DNA of 63,598 bases, filler included, from Lenisia limosa (GCA_001655205.1; 13 parts of 13 records of this genome joined end to end with filler, not necessarily neighbours in it), one strand, 5' to 3'; positions 23,592-34,803 are shown, counted from the first letter of the whole stretch. A program made the numbers and translations. The notes: generated by a model from the letters alone, not told the origin.

Positions 23592-24554
23592 GGCAAGTAT
23601 CTCCAACTCGGGGACCAAGAGGTGGAATTCAACCCCAACTTCCAGCTTTATCTTCACACCAAACTTGGTAGGGAGTTCTGGAGCACAAGAAAAAAAATAT
23701 AATACATTAGAAATCCATATTGGGTAAATGACCTACCATATAAGGCAACCCTTCTTTCCTGGCTTACCATATCAGGCAACCCCCACTACAAGCCCGAAAT
23801 CCAGGCCCAAACTACTGTCATCAACTTCACGGTCACTGAAGAAGGGCTTGAGGACCAAGTATGCTGGGGAGGCACATAGAAGCTGTGTCACAGTGTTGTA
23901 AGGCAAATGATTGGGTGAATTAATATTTAACCATAAGTCAACATCTCTTAGAAACTTGCTGGTGTAGGCACTCTAATATAGCCTCGAGAATCATAATGTT
24001 AATCTTATTAAATACCCTCAATTTCACCAGTTGATTTTGTGCTTTTTATTGTTTCATGAATTTTCCTATTTCACCCCCCCCCCTAGCTCCTAGCCCTGGT
24101 AGTCAACATGGAGCGTCCTGATTTGGAGGCACAGAAGTCGCAGCTACTTAAGCAGAATAATGAGTTCACCATCAAACTCAAAGAACTCGAGGACTCTCTG
24201 CTGCACAGGTGGGGTTGGAGTTTTTCTCTTGTTATTTGTTTGGTGTTTATTTTTATTTATTTTTTTATTTTATTTTTTATTATTTTTTTTTAGTGTTTGT
24301 GTGTTTTCTGGTGTTCAATTTTCAGTTTTTGCTTATCCCCATACCCCCCAGCCAACAGAGTTGATGTGCGTCTTTTTTTTTGTTTTTGTTAAATTTTCCA
24401 TTTTTACGAGTAGTTGTTTTTTGCAGAAGTAATTCATTCTTACCTCACCCCTCCCCCCAGACTATCCACGGCTGAAGGCGACTTCCTGGCCAATTTGGAC
24501 CTAGTAGAAAACCTCGAAAACACGAAGTACCTTGCAGCGGATATCGCCGATAAG
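23592..24554 (+). CDS. Dynein heavy chain, internal fragment (AAA5/stalk-return region), axonemal outer-arm beta-like
   Basis: Four exons: [25 protein letters not shown] / [28 protein letters not shown] / [41 protein letters not shown] / [22 protein letters not shown]. From recall this resembles DNAH9/11/17. Confidence 0.92.
23859..24086 (+). repeat. Composite repeated intron: module C at the donor and module D at the acceptor (dynein intron)
   Basis: CAA|GTATGCTGGGGAGGCACATAGAAGCTGTGTCACAGTGTTGTAAGGCAAATGATTGGG..CAGTTGATTTTGTGCTTTTT..ATTTCACCCCCCCCCTAG|CTC; the flanking exons join in frame as EDQ|LLA. Confidence 0.85.
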
Positions 24555-24597
24555 GTTGGTTAGGGGCTACTCTCCCACCCCACATAAAACACACATA

Positions 24598-24675
24598 CAG
24601 TGACCGGGATAAGTCTTGACCGATTTGCAATGTGGTTTCCCAAGGAAAAACGATCAAGACTTATCCCGGTCACTG
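24598..24675. mobile_element. MITE family B (TIR CAGTGACCGGGATAAGTCTTGA)
   Basis: 78-bp hairpin CAGTGACCGGGATAAGTCTTGACCG..CGATCAAGACTTATCCCGGTCACTG preceded by TA; related copies at 60066-60132, 60191-60226, 62181-62207 and 62483-62560. Confidence 0.85.
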
Positions 24676-24978
24676 CATAAACACACACACCATCACGTTG
24701 CTATCCTCATATCCCCCACGCTGGAGGGATGCTGTGCCTCAGAAGCTCCTGGCCTGAGCTTTGTTTGTGTTGTTGTTATCAACCTTCGTGTGTTGTCTGT
24801 CAGCCAACAGAGTTGATTTTGGGCTTTTTGTTTCATAAATTTTTCCATTTTGTTCATCGAAATTTCCTTCGTTTTACNNNNNNNNNNNNNNNNNNNNNNN
24901 NNNNNNNNNNNNNNNNNNNNNTTAATTAATTAANNNNNNNNNNNNNNNNNNNNNNNNNNNNNNNNNNNNNNNNNNNNA

Positions 24979-25080
24979 CCTTCATTGGTATCTGAACATT
25001 TCTCACCCCCACCTTCATTGGTATCTGAACATTTCTCCCCCACCTTCATTGGTATCTGAACATTTCTCACCCCCACCTTC
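24979..25080 (+). repeat. Tandem repeat, 3 x ~32 bp (ACCTTCATTGGTATCTGAACATTTCTCACCCCC) at an intron 5' end
   Basis: Directly visible; it duplicates the donor region of the last FERM exon. Confidence 0.9.
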
Positions 25081-28000
25081 CGCGTCAACGGGTAGGGTAG
25101 CACGAAGATTCCGTCAGAGCCCATAGCCAATAGGACCGAGCGGCTCTCCTCCGAATCCTCTAAAGTAGCGTGGTAGAATGCTGTGGCAATGAGAAAGGAA
25201 GAAGGAATATCTGTTGGGGCTGGGCTTCAGTTCGGTACGAAAAAGACCAATAAAACATTGATAGTTTTCGAGGATTTATCGAGAAATTCAGTCTATTTTT
25301 AAACCGAAGTGAAGATCTATCGATACCCCCATACATGCTCCGTACCACGGGCACCGTCGGAGGTGCAGGAGATAGAGAAGCTGAAGGATCTTGGCGGATC
25401 TTCCCGCGTGTTGCTACAGAGGGGGGGTGAGAAAAACAAAAATAAAACGAAAACATCACAAATTATTAAAATGGGGTTTTTTTAAAAAAGAACCGTCTGA
25501 CTGTGCAATGAAGTAGTGACTGTGTATAACACATATACTATAATAAATGTAGCTTGGATACTATATATTAGACTTAGGGCTTCACTTCGGTTCGAAAAAT
25601 TACTGCATTTCTCGATAAATCTTCGATAATATCGATATTTTTTCCGGTCTTTTTCGAACCGAAGGGAAGCCCTAATTAGACTCCATACGCATATGCATTA
25701 TGCCCCTACGGGAAACAAAGAGCTTGAAACACGAAACTGTACATTAACTTACATTAACGGGGGCATATTGATTAACTTTTGCTGGTATTTATATAATATT
25801 TTTATAATCTATGTAATTATTGTCTCAGCATGCCAATACCCTGGCCCACAAGAGGTAGAATTAATTAGAGCTTCACTTTCGGTTACAAAAAGACGAATAA
25901 ATATCGATATTTATCGAAGATTTATCGATTCAGTCTTTTTTGGAACCGAAAAGCCCAAGAACTAATATTAAAGTACGTAGCCCCCCCCCCCTCCCATCAT
26001 ATACAGCAATGAGAAATAAAAAATAAGTAGTATCTGGCCGAAGCCGTCACACCATCACGCCATCATACATGATATTGGTCCACCAATGATTGGACAACTA
26101 TCCGCTTCCGCACATCCTTAACCATGTCTTTTGGAACTAGTTCGTAGATAATATTCCTGGGGTAACACGTGAGTTAGGAATGAAAATGGAAAATACGGCT
26201 TGGATACTCATTTAGGACAACAGGCATCATGATAATATGCGAAACAAAATAGCCCCTTTGTTGTTATATAAACATAATAAATCCTGATTGAGCCAATAGC
26301 ACTAAAGCTGATCCCCTCATAATGTACATACGGCTTCACTTCTGTTTGAAAAAAAGACTGAACGTCTCGACAAATGCTCGTAAACTATCGATATTTTCCC
26401 GAGTTTTTTTCGAACCGAAGTGAAGCCCTAACTGTACCTTTTCATTAAGAACAGTTGCCCCTTTATCTATCAATATCACAATATAACCCCTCATTTTATC
26501 AATATCCCCTCCCCCCAATACTTCGCTGCTTTCTTTGCGTCTGCGCCACCGCCATCGGGCTCCTGCAGCTTCAGCGTAAGTCCCCCGAGGTATAGCAAAT
26601 CCCCCGGTGTTTGTCGGTACCGTCCGCTGAAATGTCAGTTCTAATATCAGGGTTTTCAATTAAGTACTGCTTCTGATAATAGTGTTACGATCATATGACT
26701 TATATTTGAGTCGAAATAAAGGAAACCGCATTACTGAGGTTTTATCAAGAATTCAGTCAGTTTTAGACCCAATAGCAGTTGACCAACAGTATCAACACCA
26801 TCCTGATGACGTGGACAGAGAAACCATACGATATGGTGACCAACCACACATAAACCACAACAAACCTAATAACCCTGCTCATGTTCTTAGCACCAACCTA
26901 ATAACCCTGCTCATGTTCTTAGCACTCTTAGCACCAAGTAACTAAGGCTTCACTTCGGTTCGAAAAAGACCAGTAAATTGTCGATAGTTTTCCAGGTAAA
27001 CAAAATTTGGTCTTTTTTCGAACCGAAGTGAAGCCCTACATAACAGCACCAACCTAATGACATTGTGATGGGCCTCGAAGTAAAGAAGGGCAACGCTGTT
27101 CTCCGACTTCGCTCTTCGCTCCAACTGAATTGTCAGAGACTGAAAAAGGGGGCATCTGGCCAAAGCCGTCCGCAGTAAAGGATCTTGATTGTTGATTCAG
27201 GCCGTATATAACTAGGGCTTCACTTCGGTTCAAAAAAATCCAGTAAAATATCGATAGTTTCCGCGGATTTATCGAGAATTGCGGGCCATTTTCGGTTGGC
27301 ACCCTTAGCCGAGGCCCTCCCAGAGGGCTACAGATCTCGGGGGAAAGCTAACCTTCTTCCAAATATTCTATACGATATAGGAGAAATAAAATAAGGTTGT
27401 ATCTGGCCGAANNNNNNNNNNNNNNNNNNNNNNNNNNNNNNNNNNNNNNNNNNNNNNNNNNNNNNNNNNNNNNNNNNNNNNNNNNNNNNNNNNNNNNNNN
27501 NNNNNNNNNNNNNTGATGTTTCAGAAATATCGCCACACACCTTCCTCGAGAACGCGATAGAAAGGGAGAAGTAAATCAGGGGTGTTTCCTCGGGGGCTGG
27601 CACTGCGGCCGCACCTGGGGGGTCAGGGAACATAACAAACAAAGCCCAAGCCAGTCGCTTCTGAGCGAGGGGGGTGGGATAGTGTTGGGAAGAGAAAAAC
27701 TCAAAGTATTACCTCTTAGCATTTAACGCAGATATGAAGGTTCAACAAAAAAAAAAACTCAGAACAATAAAGTTTGTAACACTATGTTCCTCCTATGTGT
27801 TATACGCTGAATCCTCCAATCGTGCTGTGGCCCTTTATTTTTTGCCCATCCATACCAGTTAACTGTGTGACAATTTCATGCCAGAACTGCATTTTGTTCA
27901 TCACAATATCAGAGGGCTCAAGCGGCAATTCTAAAGCAATGGTTAGTACCTTGGATAACTCTTCCATTGTTTCATCAGAACGAAACTTCAGATCACCGAT

Positions 28001-28418
28001 ATGTTGGCATAAGACTGGTGTTCAAAGCAAAGGAGAATTCTTTGACTCTTCCACAAGAACTCCACAATACCCAATTGTTCAATCAGCCCAACAAAGAAAA
28101 CAGCCATGTCTTGGCTGCCACTTGGCATGTCCCAATTGCTCACCAAAAGATGTCGAACGAAGCCATATTTGAAAGAGGCGGCGTTCTTCCGCGCGCAAAC
28201 CTAGCTTTTCTGCTACTTGGGCTCTGGGAAGAATAAGAGGAGAGAGGATGGGCGGAGAAAATACCAAAACAAACGTACCCTAGAGCCTTTGATGTTGTTT
28301 CTGGTGCAATCGACTCCAGCGCGATTTCTCTTCCACCAAAAAGTTGGACAATCAGGACATCTCCCTCCTAAACGACGAAAGTAAAGGAAACAAGGAAACC
28401 AAATCGACCAACCATCAT
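25077..28418 (-). CDS. FERM-domain protein, spliced, 3'-truncated
   Basis: F1 lobe VLIVQLFGG..PETTSKALRAQVAEKLGLRAEERRLFQIWLRS; F2 lobe VALLYFEAHHNVIR..YELVPKDMVKDVRKRIVVQSLVDQYH..QHAGRSAKILQLLYLLHLRRCPWYGA; F3 lobe FYHATL..VLLAMGSDGIFVL. Confidence 0.8.
25575..25674. mobile_element. MITE family A, full-length reference copy
   Basis: TA-GGGCTTCACTTCGGTTCGAAAA..TTTTCGAACCGAAGGGAAGCCC-TA. Neighbouring copies at 25222-25318, 25866-25956, 26329-26430, 26943-27038 and 27213-27297, all in FERM introns. Confidence 0.9.
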
Positions 28419-28675
28419 GCCAAGATCAATTAAATCTCTCTATTTAGTTAAAGGGCTAATACTCTGTTTAATATAGACTGTGAAGAGCTGGAATATGGGA
28501 AATTTTTTGGGATAAAGCAGCAGTATAGACCCTACAGAGACACTTTCACTGGAATTTTGCAGGTAAGGTAGATTTTATGATTTTATGACAGTAATTGAAG
28601 ATTTCAGTTAAAGTTATATTAATAGAGGCCAGAAAAATGGGAGAAAACGTTATGTAATTGGAATTATCAGTGAAA

Positions 28676-31600
28676 ATGAGCTCTGCAGACCCCTTTGCTG
28701 CCTCCTTTGAGAGCTATTCATTGGATCCAACATTAGAGGCCATATTAGCAGACAGCAGCGGGAATGACGAGGTTATTGCCTCCAGTTCCGTTGATCGAGA
28801 CCCAAGTCAAATTGTTATGGATGCTGAGGCCTTATTGAACATGGATGGGTCCCAGCCAGGATCAGAGGTTGGTGTCATGGGCCTAAAGATCAAATATTCA
28901 AGGGGAAATGGATGCTTGACTGCTCATGATCTCTTTCCTTTTTGTGGGAATTCTGACACTATCAATGAGATTTTTCCTTTGAACGGATTGTACCATATTA
29001 TTTTTTGAGGACAGTTGAGAAGTGCTATCTTAACAAGTAAAAGAGTGTCTAGATTGTATTGTGGAAAATGATTGGAAAGCTGTTGAACCGTATTTTCATC
29101 TAAGTTTCCTGTTTTGACTTTCGTGCGTTCCCCAATTGTTTCCAACAGTTCATTAAGTTCCCCCCCCCCCNNNNNNNNNNNNNNNNNNNNNNNNNNNNNN
29201 NNNNNNNNNNNNNNNNNNNNNNNNNNNNNNNNNNNNNNNNNNNNNNNNNNNNNNNNNNNNNNNNNNNNNNNNNNNNNNNNNNNNNNNNNNNNNNNNNNNN
29301 NNNNNNNNNNNNNNNNNNNNNNNNNNNNNNNNNNNNNNNNNNNNNNNNNNNNNNNNNNNNNNNNNNNNNNNNNNNNNNNNNNNNNNNNNNNNNNNNNNNN
29401 NNNNNNNNGGGAAGGTGACGAAGAGATTCTCAACCTGCTGAAAGAAGTGAGTGGTGCCTTTTATTGAATTCTTTCTTCACATCTCACCTGAACTTATACT
29501 ATAATCCAATATCTCTTATAAGCGTGATGGTGGACGGCTTCGGCCAGATTCACACACACCTTATTTTTTTTTTATTTCTCTTTGCTATAATATATGATAT
29601 TGATTCTGCATATTTTATAGATGATGATGCATACTGTTCTTAAACGATGATGATGCATACCGTTCTCAACCGATGATGATATAAAGCCTTTCTCTGACAG
29701 CTTAGGCTAAAGAAAGACCGTCATACGAAGCGGTAAGAGAGATCAGTCAGTACCCTTCTGGGAGTCCTGAATATCATATCGAATACTGTTGAATGATTGA
29801 GTTAATTATTATTACACTCTAATCCAATATCACTAGGAAAGCATGATGGTGTGGACGNNNNNNNNNNNNNNNNNNNNNNNNNNNNNNNNNNNNNNNNNNN
29901 NNNNNNNNNNNNNNNNNNNNNNNNNNNNNNNNNNNNNNNNNNNNNNNNNNNNNNNNNNNNNNNNNNNNNNNNATCCATTGATACTTTGAAGAGGCGGGTG
30001 GGGTGATGATTTCCTTTCATAATGATTTGGTGAATACTATTCTATACATAGTCCCTAAAACAAAATTACGAAATTATTAGGTTTTTATCAAGATCTCTTG
30101 TAAGTGTGATGGCGTGGATTTTGAAGACACGTCCTATTTGTATTATCCTTGCCATTTATCTATTTGTTAGGAAAGTACCCTTATTTGCCCAGGCTGAGGC
30201 TTTGGATGCGATTGTGATCCAAGAGGGCCGTAGTATTGCTGAGTGCTCCATTCTTGAAAGGGCTAGTTTTGGTGTGAGGATGGAGGGTTTTGGTGTGAGG
30301 ATGGAGGGTTTTGGGGGGTCTTGGTTGGTGAACGTTAGCGCTTCACTTCGGTTGGGTTTGGTGATAACACGGCTTCTGTACGGTCAAAAAAGACCGAATG
30401 TCTGATAATCCTCGGTAAGTATCGATATTTAAACGGTTTTTTCGGACAGCAGGGAAACCCTAGTTAAACTAAATCCAACCTTTTTTTCCCTTGTAACGAA
30501 CCATTATCAGCCCGTTAACCATTTAGCGAAACAATCCGACTTGATTAAATACAACGATTACAAATTGTCTTTACAAAGATCATCCTTTCACTTGAAATTA
30601 CATGAATCCTACTCCTGACAATACTTTCAATATTTTCGATGATCTCTGTGATCTGACTTGCACAGTGTCAGATTCGCAGCACACCACGACCGAAATTGAT
30701 AGCGGTATAATGAGTGTACTGTCGCGACCGGAGATAGGCAAACAGGCCGGCCGCCCCATTGCTATCGACGTTTGTTGGTTTCTTAATATCCATTGTTGTA
30801 ATAATGTTTGTTGGTTTCTGTAATATAGTACCCGTTTGTATGAAACCAGTGGATATGTGTAAGCATATCTCTAGTAGATATGGGTCAACTTACCATTGGT
30901 GGATATGGTTAACATATCAAGTATGTGGGTCAGTGACATCGTTTATTGGATATAATACTTGCCATGTCCTTGTATGACACCCCCCTCGCGTGTTGTCAGT
31001 CAACAGAGTTGATTTGGGCTTTTTTTGTTTCATAAATTTTTCAATTTTACTCCCCCCTCCCCAGGCCTCAGCATCGCTGGCGGTAGTGGGTACCTCTCTT
31101 GGCCTGGTTCTGGTCTTCCAAAGAACGCGACAAGCTTTCCAACTCAAGATCATCCTGGGCACTGCTAATCAAACGGCCAACCTCGGTTCGTCATGCCTCC
31201 CCTAGATACAATGTTTAGCTTATATGTTGTGATTGGTGCATGTTTGTCATCTCATATCCACTTTGATTGTAATACTAAGTCTCTCTCTTTTCATTGTTTT
31301 CCTGTTATTCCCCCTCCCGCTCCTATTTCAAGGTTATCATAATTGATGATATTTTTTATTAATTTATTTAAAACAATTTTCTATTTTTACTCCGTCCCTC
31401 CTTCTCCTTCAGGTCTTCCCTTTGGTTCAACAAAAAACCGAATTTATCGATAAATCCTCGATAATTATCGATATTTTACCAACCCCCGTGTGTNNNNNNN
31501 NNNNNNNNNNNNNNNNNNNNNNNNNNNNNNNNNNNNNNNNNNNNNNNNNNNNNNNNNNNNNNNNNNNNNNNNNNNNNGTGACATCGTTGGTGATTAGCCC

Positions 31601-34600
31601 GGAGGAAACCACCATTGCTGTTGGGCATGCCGAGGGTGGCATTGCGCTTTGGCAGGTCGGAAATGTGTTTTGAAATCAGGGGAATTCATGTATTTGACAT
31701 AAATACAAACCAACACGTTGTTCTTATGTTATTAAGCTGGATCAAGATCTCATGGTAGGTTTCGATTAAGCTTGATAACATCAGCTTTCACACATTGAAA
31801 CTTTTCATGATTGAAAGCGGAAGTCAGTTTTTGAAACCTAGTTTATTTGATTTAGGGCCTGTTGGACTCCCGCTTTAATCATATTGCTCCAAATCATGAT
31901 TTTGCCTCATATCCTGATTTTGCCTCATATCCTAATTTCATTCTCATTCAGACTGACGGTCTTCTCTTGAGAGTCGAGCAAATGAGTAATGCCGCCATCA
32001 CCGCCGTGTCGTTCCTTTGGACTAAGGTGGGATACATATTATTATAGAATGTCGTGATTATGATTTTAGTAGTGTGTAAGGAGCATAATAATGATACTAT
32101 CAGATAACAATGCATATGATTGTTTATAATTATTATTCATCATATAAAACAGGTGGGTACGGCTTCGGTCAGATACTACCTATTTTTATTTCTCACCTCT
32201 GCACATAATGTAATAACCTGGGGTTCACAGCTGACATCTTAGAATCGCCTCATTGTGGGGGATGCTCACGGCAAAGTACAAGACGCTGAGGTGAGGCATG
32301 TTTTGTCAGGGGCTCTTTTTGGGGCAGACAGTTCATGGAATATGCAATAACACATATCATATCGTATCATATGGGTACAATAAAACACCATGACACCAAA
32401 CACCAATATACTGGTAACATACATGTACATATTATATCCATATATATGTCATCATATACTACGTAGTTTTTTTTTGTTTTTCAAGTCCCACTGATTATTG
32501 AGAAGTCCACTTGTAAGTTGAAAAGCCAGAGATTTCCTTAAAGACCAACGCGTTTTTTAATTGTATTTTGGAGCAGGCATGATGCCACCCCTACCATATG
32601 TATCTATCTATTATTACTATGCCACAGCAATTAAGTGTATTATACTTTGCGTGCTCCGTTTTCCCACTGACTTTTACAGGTTCGGATAGCAAGGTTCCGA
32701 AAGCAGGTCAAACTCGCATGCCAAGTTGTCCTGCCACCTGCCAAATATGGTAAGTATGAAGCAAAATATAGTATGTCAGAAAACATCTTTTGTATACCTC
32801 GTGATGTTTTGTGATTCAGCAACAATGAGGCTCTCTTAGGAGATTGAAATTTATGAGAGGTCAATATGCTTTATGTGAATGTGTTAAAGGCTTGTATCGG
32901 AAATCAATAACTTATGCCTGGGGTGGCCGTCAAATATACACTAAGGGGGTAGGGGAGGGGTGTTCAGCCAAAGCATGATATATACATAATTACATTGCTG
33001 TTTAAGGGGGGCGGGGAGGGGGTCAAGTCCAATTACTTATAGAATATGATATGTATACATACATTTGACGGCCATCCCTGGTATTCAATACTCCTTATGA
33101 AGGTGGTGTGTTTTTAACGTTCAGGCGGAATTTGTGCGATTTTGCCTTGTCCTGCTGTTCCACATCACCCTGCTGTGTCCTTCGATATTTGTTGTGTGCT
33201 TACTACAACTGATGTAAGTGGGACACTCCGTCTAATAACGGGTAGTGATGTAAATGGTATCATGTAACAACTTTTTGTCTTCTATGTAATCTTGTTTTTG
33301 ATGTGTGAAATGTTATGGTTGTACAATCCTTTTGTACAACTTCATTCAGATACTCCCATTATTTTGTTCTTATTTCTTCATATTTGTTTTTAGTCCATCT
33401 TTATTTCACATACATATCTATCGCGACTTTTGCGTTTATTACCTAGGCGCTTCTGGTCAAACTATGTCCCACCCCAAGCGTTCTTCTCCGTCTTTGCGCT
33501 AATGAGTCCGTGCCGGCCCTCAGTCTGCCCTATGCATCATGGTGTCCCTCACCCACGTCTACGGTGCGGGGTTCTTTGATTGTTTCCGGGGTTTTTTCTT
33601 GTTTCATTATTTCCGCGGCTCTTTCATTGTTTCCGCGGCTATTTCGTTGGTTCTATTGGGCTTCGCTACGGCCTTAAAACAACTCCAAATTTAAGGGTTT
33701 TTTATGGGCAGGGATATATTAGATGGTTACAGTTTATGTTATCTTTTCGATAAATATTGAAATTCTTCTGCTTGTTTTGGACCTCCTGGAATCCTCGGAT
33801 ATGTAACAATTCTAGTAAACTGACGGGGAAAGAAGGTCATCATTCCCGTTTCTTTTTATGAATGTTTTCTTAAGTGTTTATGTTTGTTCCACTTTTAATG
33901 TCACAGGAGTAGGGCTTCAATTTGGTTCAACAAAAGACTAAATATTGCGATAAATCCTCGAAAACTATCGACATATTACCGTTCTTTTTCGAACCGAAGT
34001 GAAGCCCTACACAGGAGGCTTCATTACAAATACAATGATTCCACTCCTAATAACCCTTCAGTCATCACAGTCGCTCCAACCACCGCTCCTTGCCGTCGTG
34101 TGGGATACCAACTTCTATTGTGTCAAAACAATGAGTGGGTGGTGTCTGGATTATAAGGATGGGGGATTCTTTCTTTATCAGGTTAACATTGAATTTAAAG
34201 GGTCTTCTTTTTTTTTCCAACTATATTCCTTCTGTAGCAATGCAGTATTCAAATGAATACGCTTGAGCGCCGTGCAATTAATTGAAAAATTATTTGAAGT
34301 CGGACATAGTGTAATGAGAACCCTATTCTAGACACTTTAATTTCTAATTTTGTCAATTAATTTCCTTAAAAATTAATTGCACTGAGCCCAAGAATATACT
34401 CGTCTCATTATCCAGTTGACGAGTGCGATATGAACTTTGCCAAAATCAGTGAATTGACGACTGAGGACACCTTGGTATCTGTTGCATGGTGGGGGAGGGG
34501 GGGTCATGTTTCGTGAGCTTTCACAGAATGTGCAATATTTGTATTGTTCTTCCTAATTAATTGATCAATAAACAAAGCTTTCATAAACCTGTCGGAAATC

Positions 34601-34803
34601 ATCAATAAAGTCCGCATAAATTCTGGATAAATCTTCTAATATTTTTTGAATAGAGAAACAAAAACGCTGGTATTTCTCAAAATTCAATCTTTTTAACCCC
34701 CCCCCCCCCAGGAGCACATCCAGTGAGTGTGTTTGTCAGACCTCTACCGGCGGCGCTGTAGTGATCCACGCCGTGTCGTCACGAGTCCTGGATTCCCGGC
34801 CTG
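28676..34803 (+). CDS. VPS8: VPS8-like CORVET subunit, N-terminal acidic region and beta-propeller, 3'-truncated
   Basis: Acidic N-terminus MSSADPFAASFESYSLDPTLEAIL; ASASLAVVGTSLGLVLVF (cf. VPS8 IAVGTSHGLALIF); VTSLVISPEETTIAVGHAEGGIALWQV; LIVGDAHGKV; PPLLAVVWD. Confidence 0.72.
32917..33081. mobile_element. MITE-like element G (TIR CCWGGGRTGGCCGTCAAAT)
   Basis: CCTGGGGTGGCCGTCAAAT..ATTTGACGGCCATCCCTGG, 17/19 inverted match; one copy seen, in a VPS8 intron. Confidence 0.65.
33910..34009. mobile_element. MITE family A copy in a VPS8 intron
   Basis: TA-flanked TIR; other VPS8-intron copies at 30369-30462 and 31411-31480. Confidence 0.88.
34270..34384. mobile_element. MITE family H (TIR GTGCAATTAATT)
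   Basis: Homologous over its full length to the reverse complement of 35950-36074; partial copy at 61148-61230. Confidence 0.8.

Noticed and set aside
20796-24900. Functional clustering of yeeE with dynein, or of any genes across spacers
   Set aside because: Genes are truncated at the spacers and resume in unrelated genes, so the neighbourhood is not trustworthy.
25575-25674. Family A as a tRNA gene or tRNA-derived SINE because of GGTTCGAA (B-box/T-loop-like)
   Set aside because: There is no cloverleaf, A-box or poly-A tail; the motif is part of a TIR mirrored at the other end with TA flanks. Incidental TFIIIC binding cannot be excluded.
29488-29590. Module C as a Helitron end, hammerhead ribozyme or box C/D snoRNA
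   Set aside because: There is no CTRR terminus, no CUGAUGA/GAAA core and no box D; only a partial box C match.
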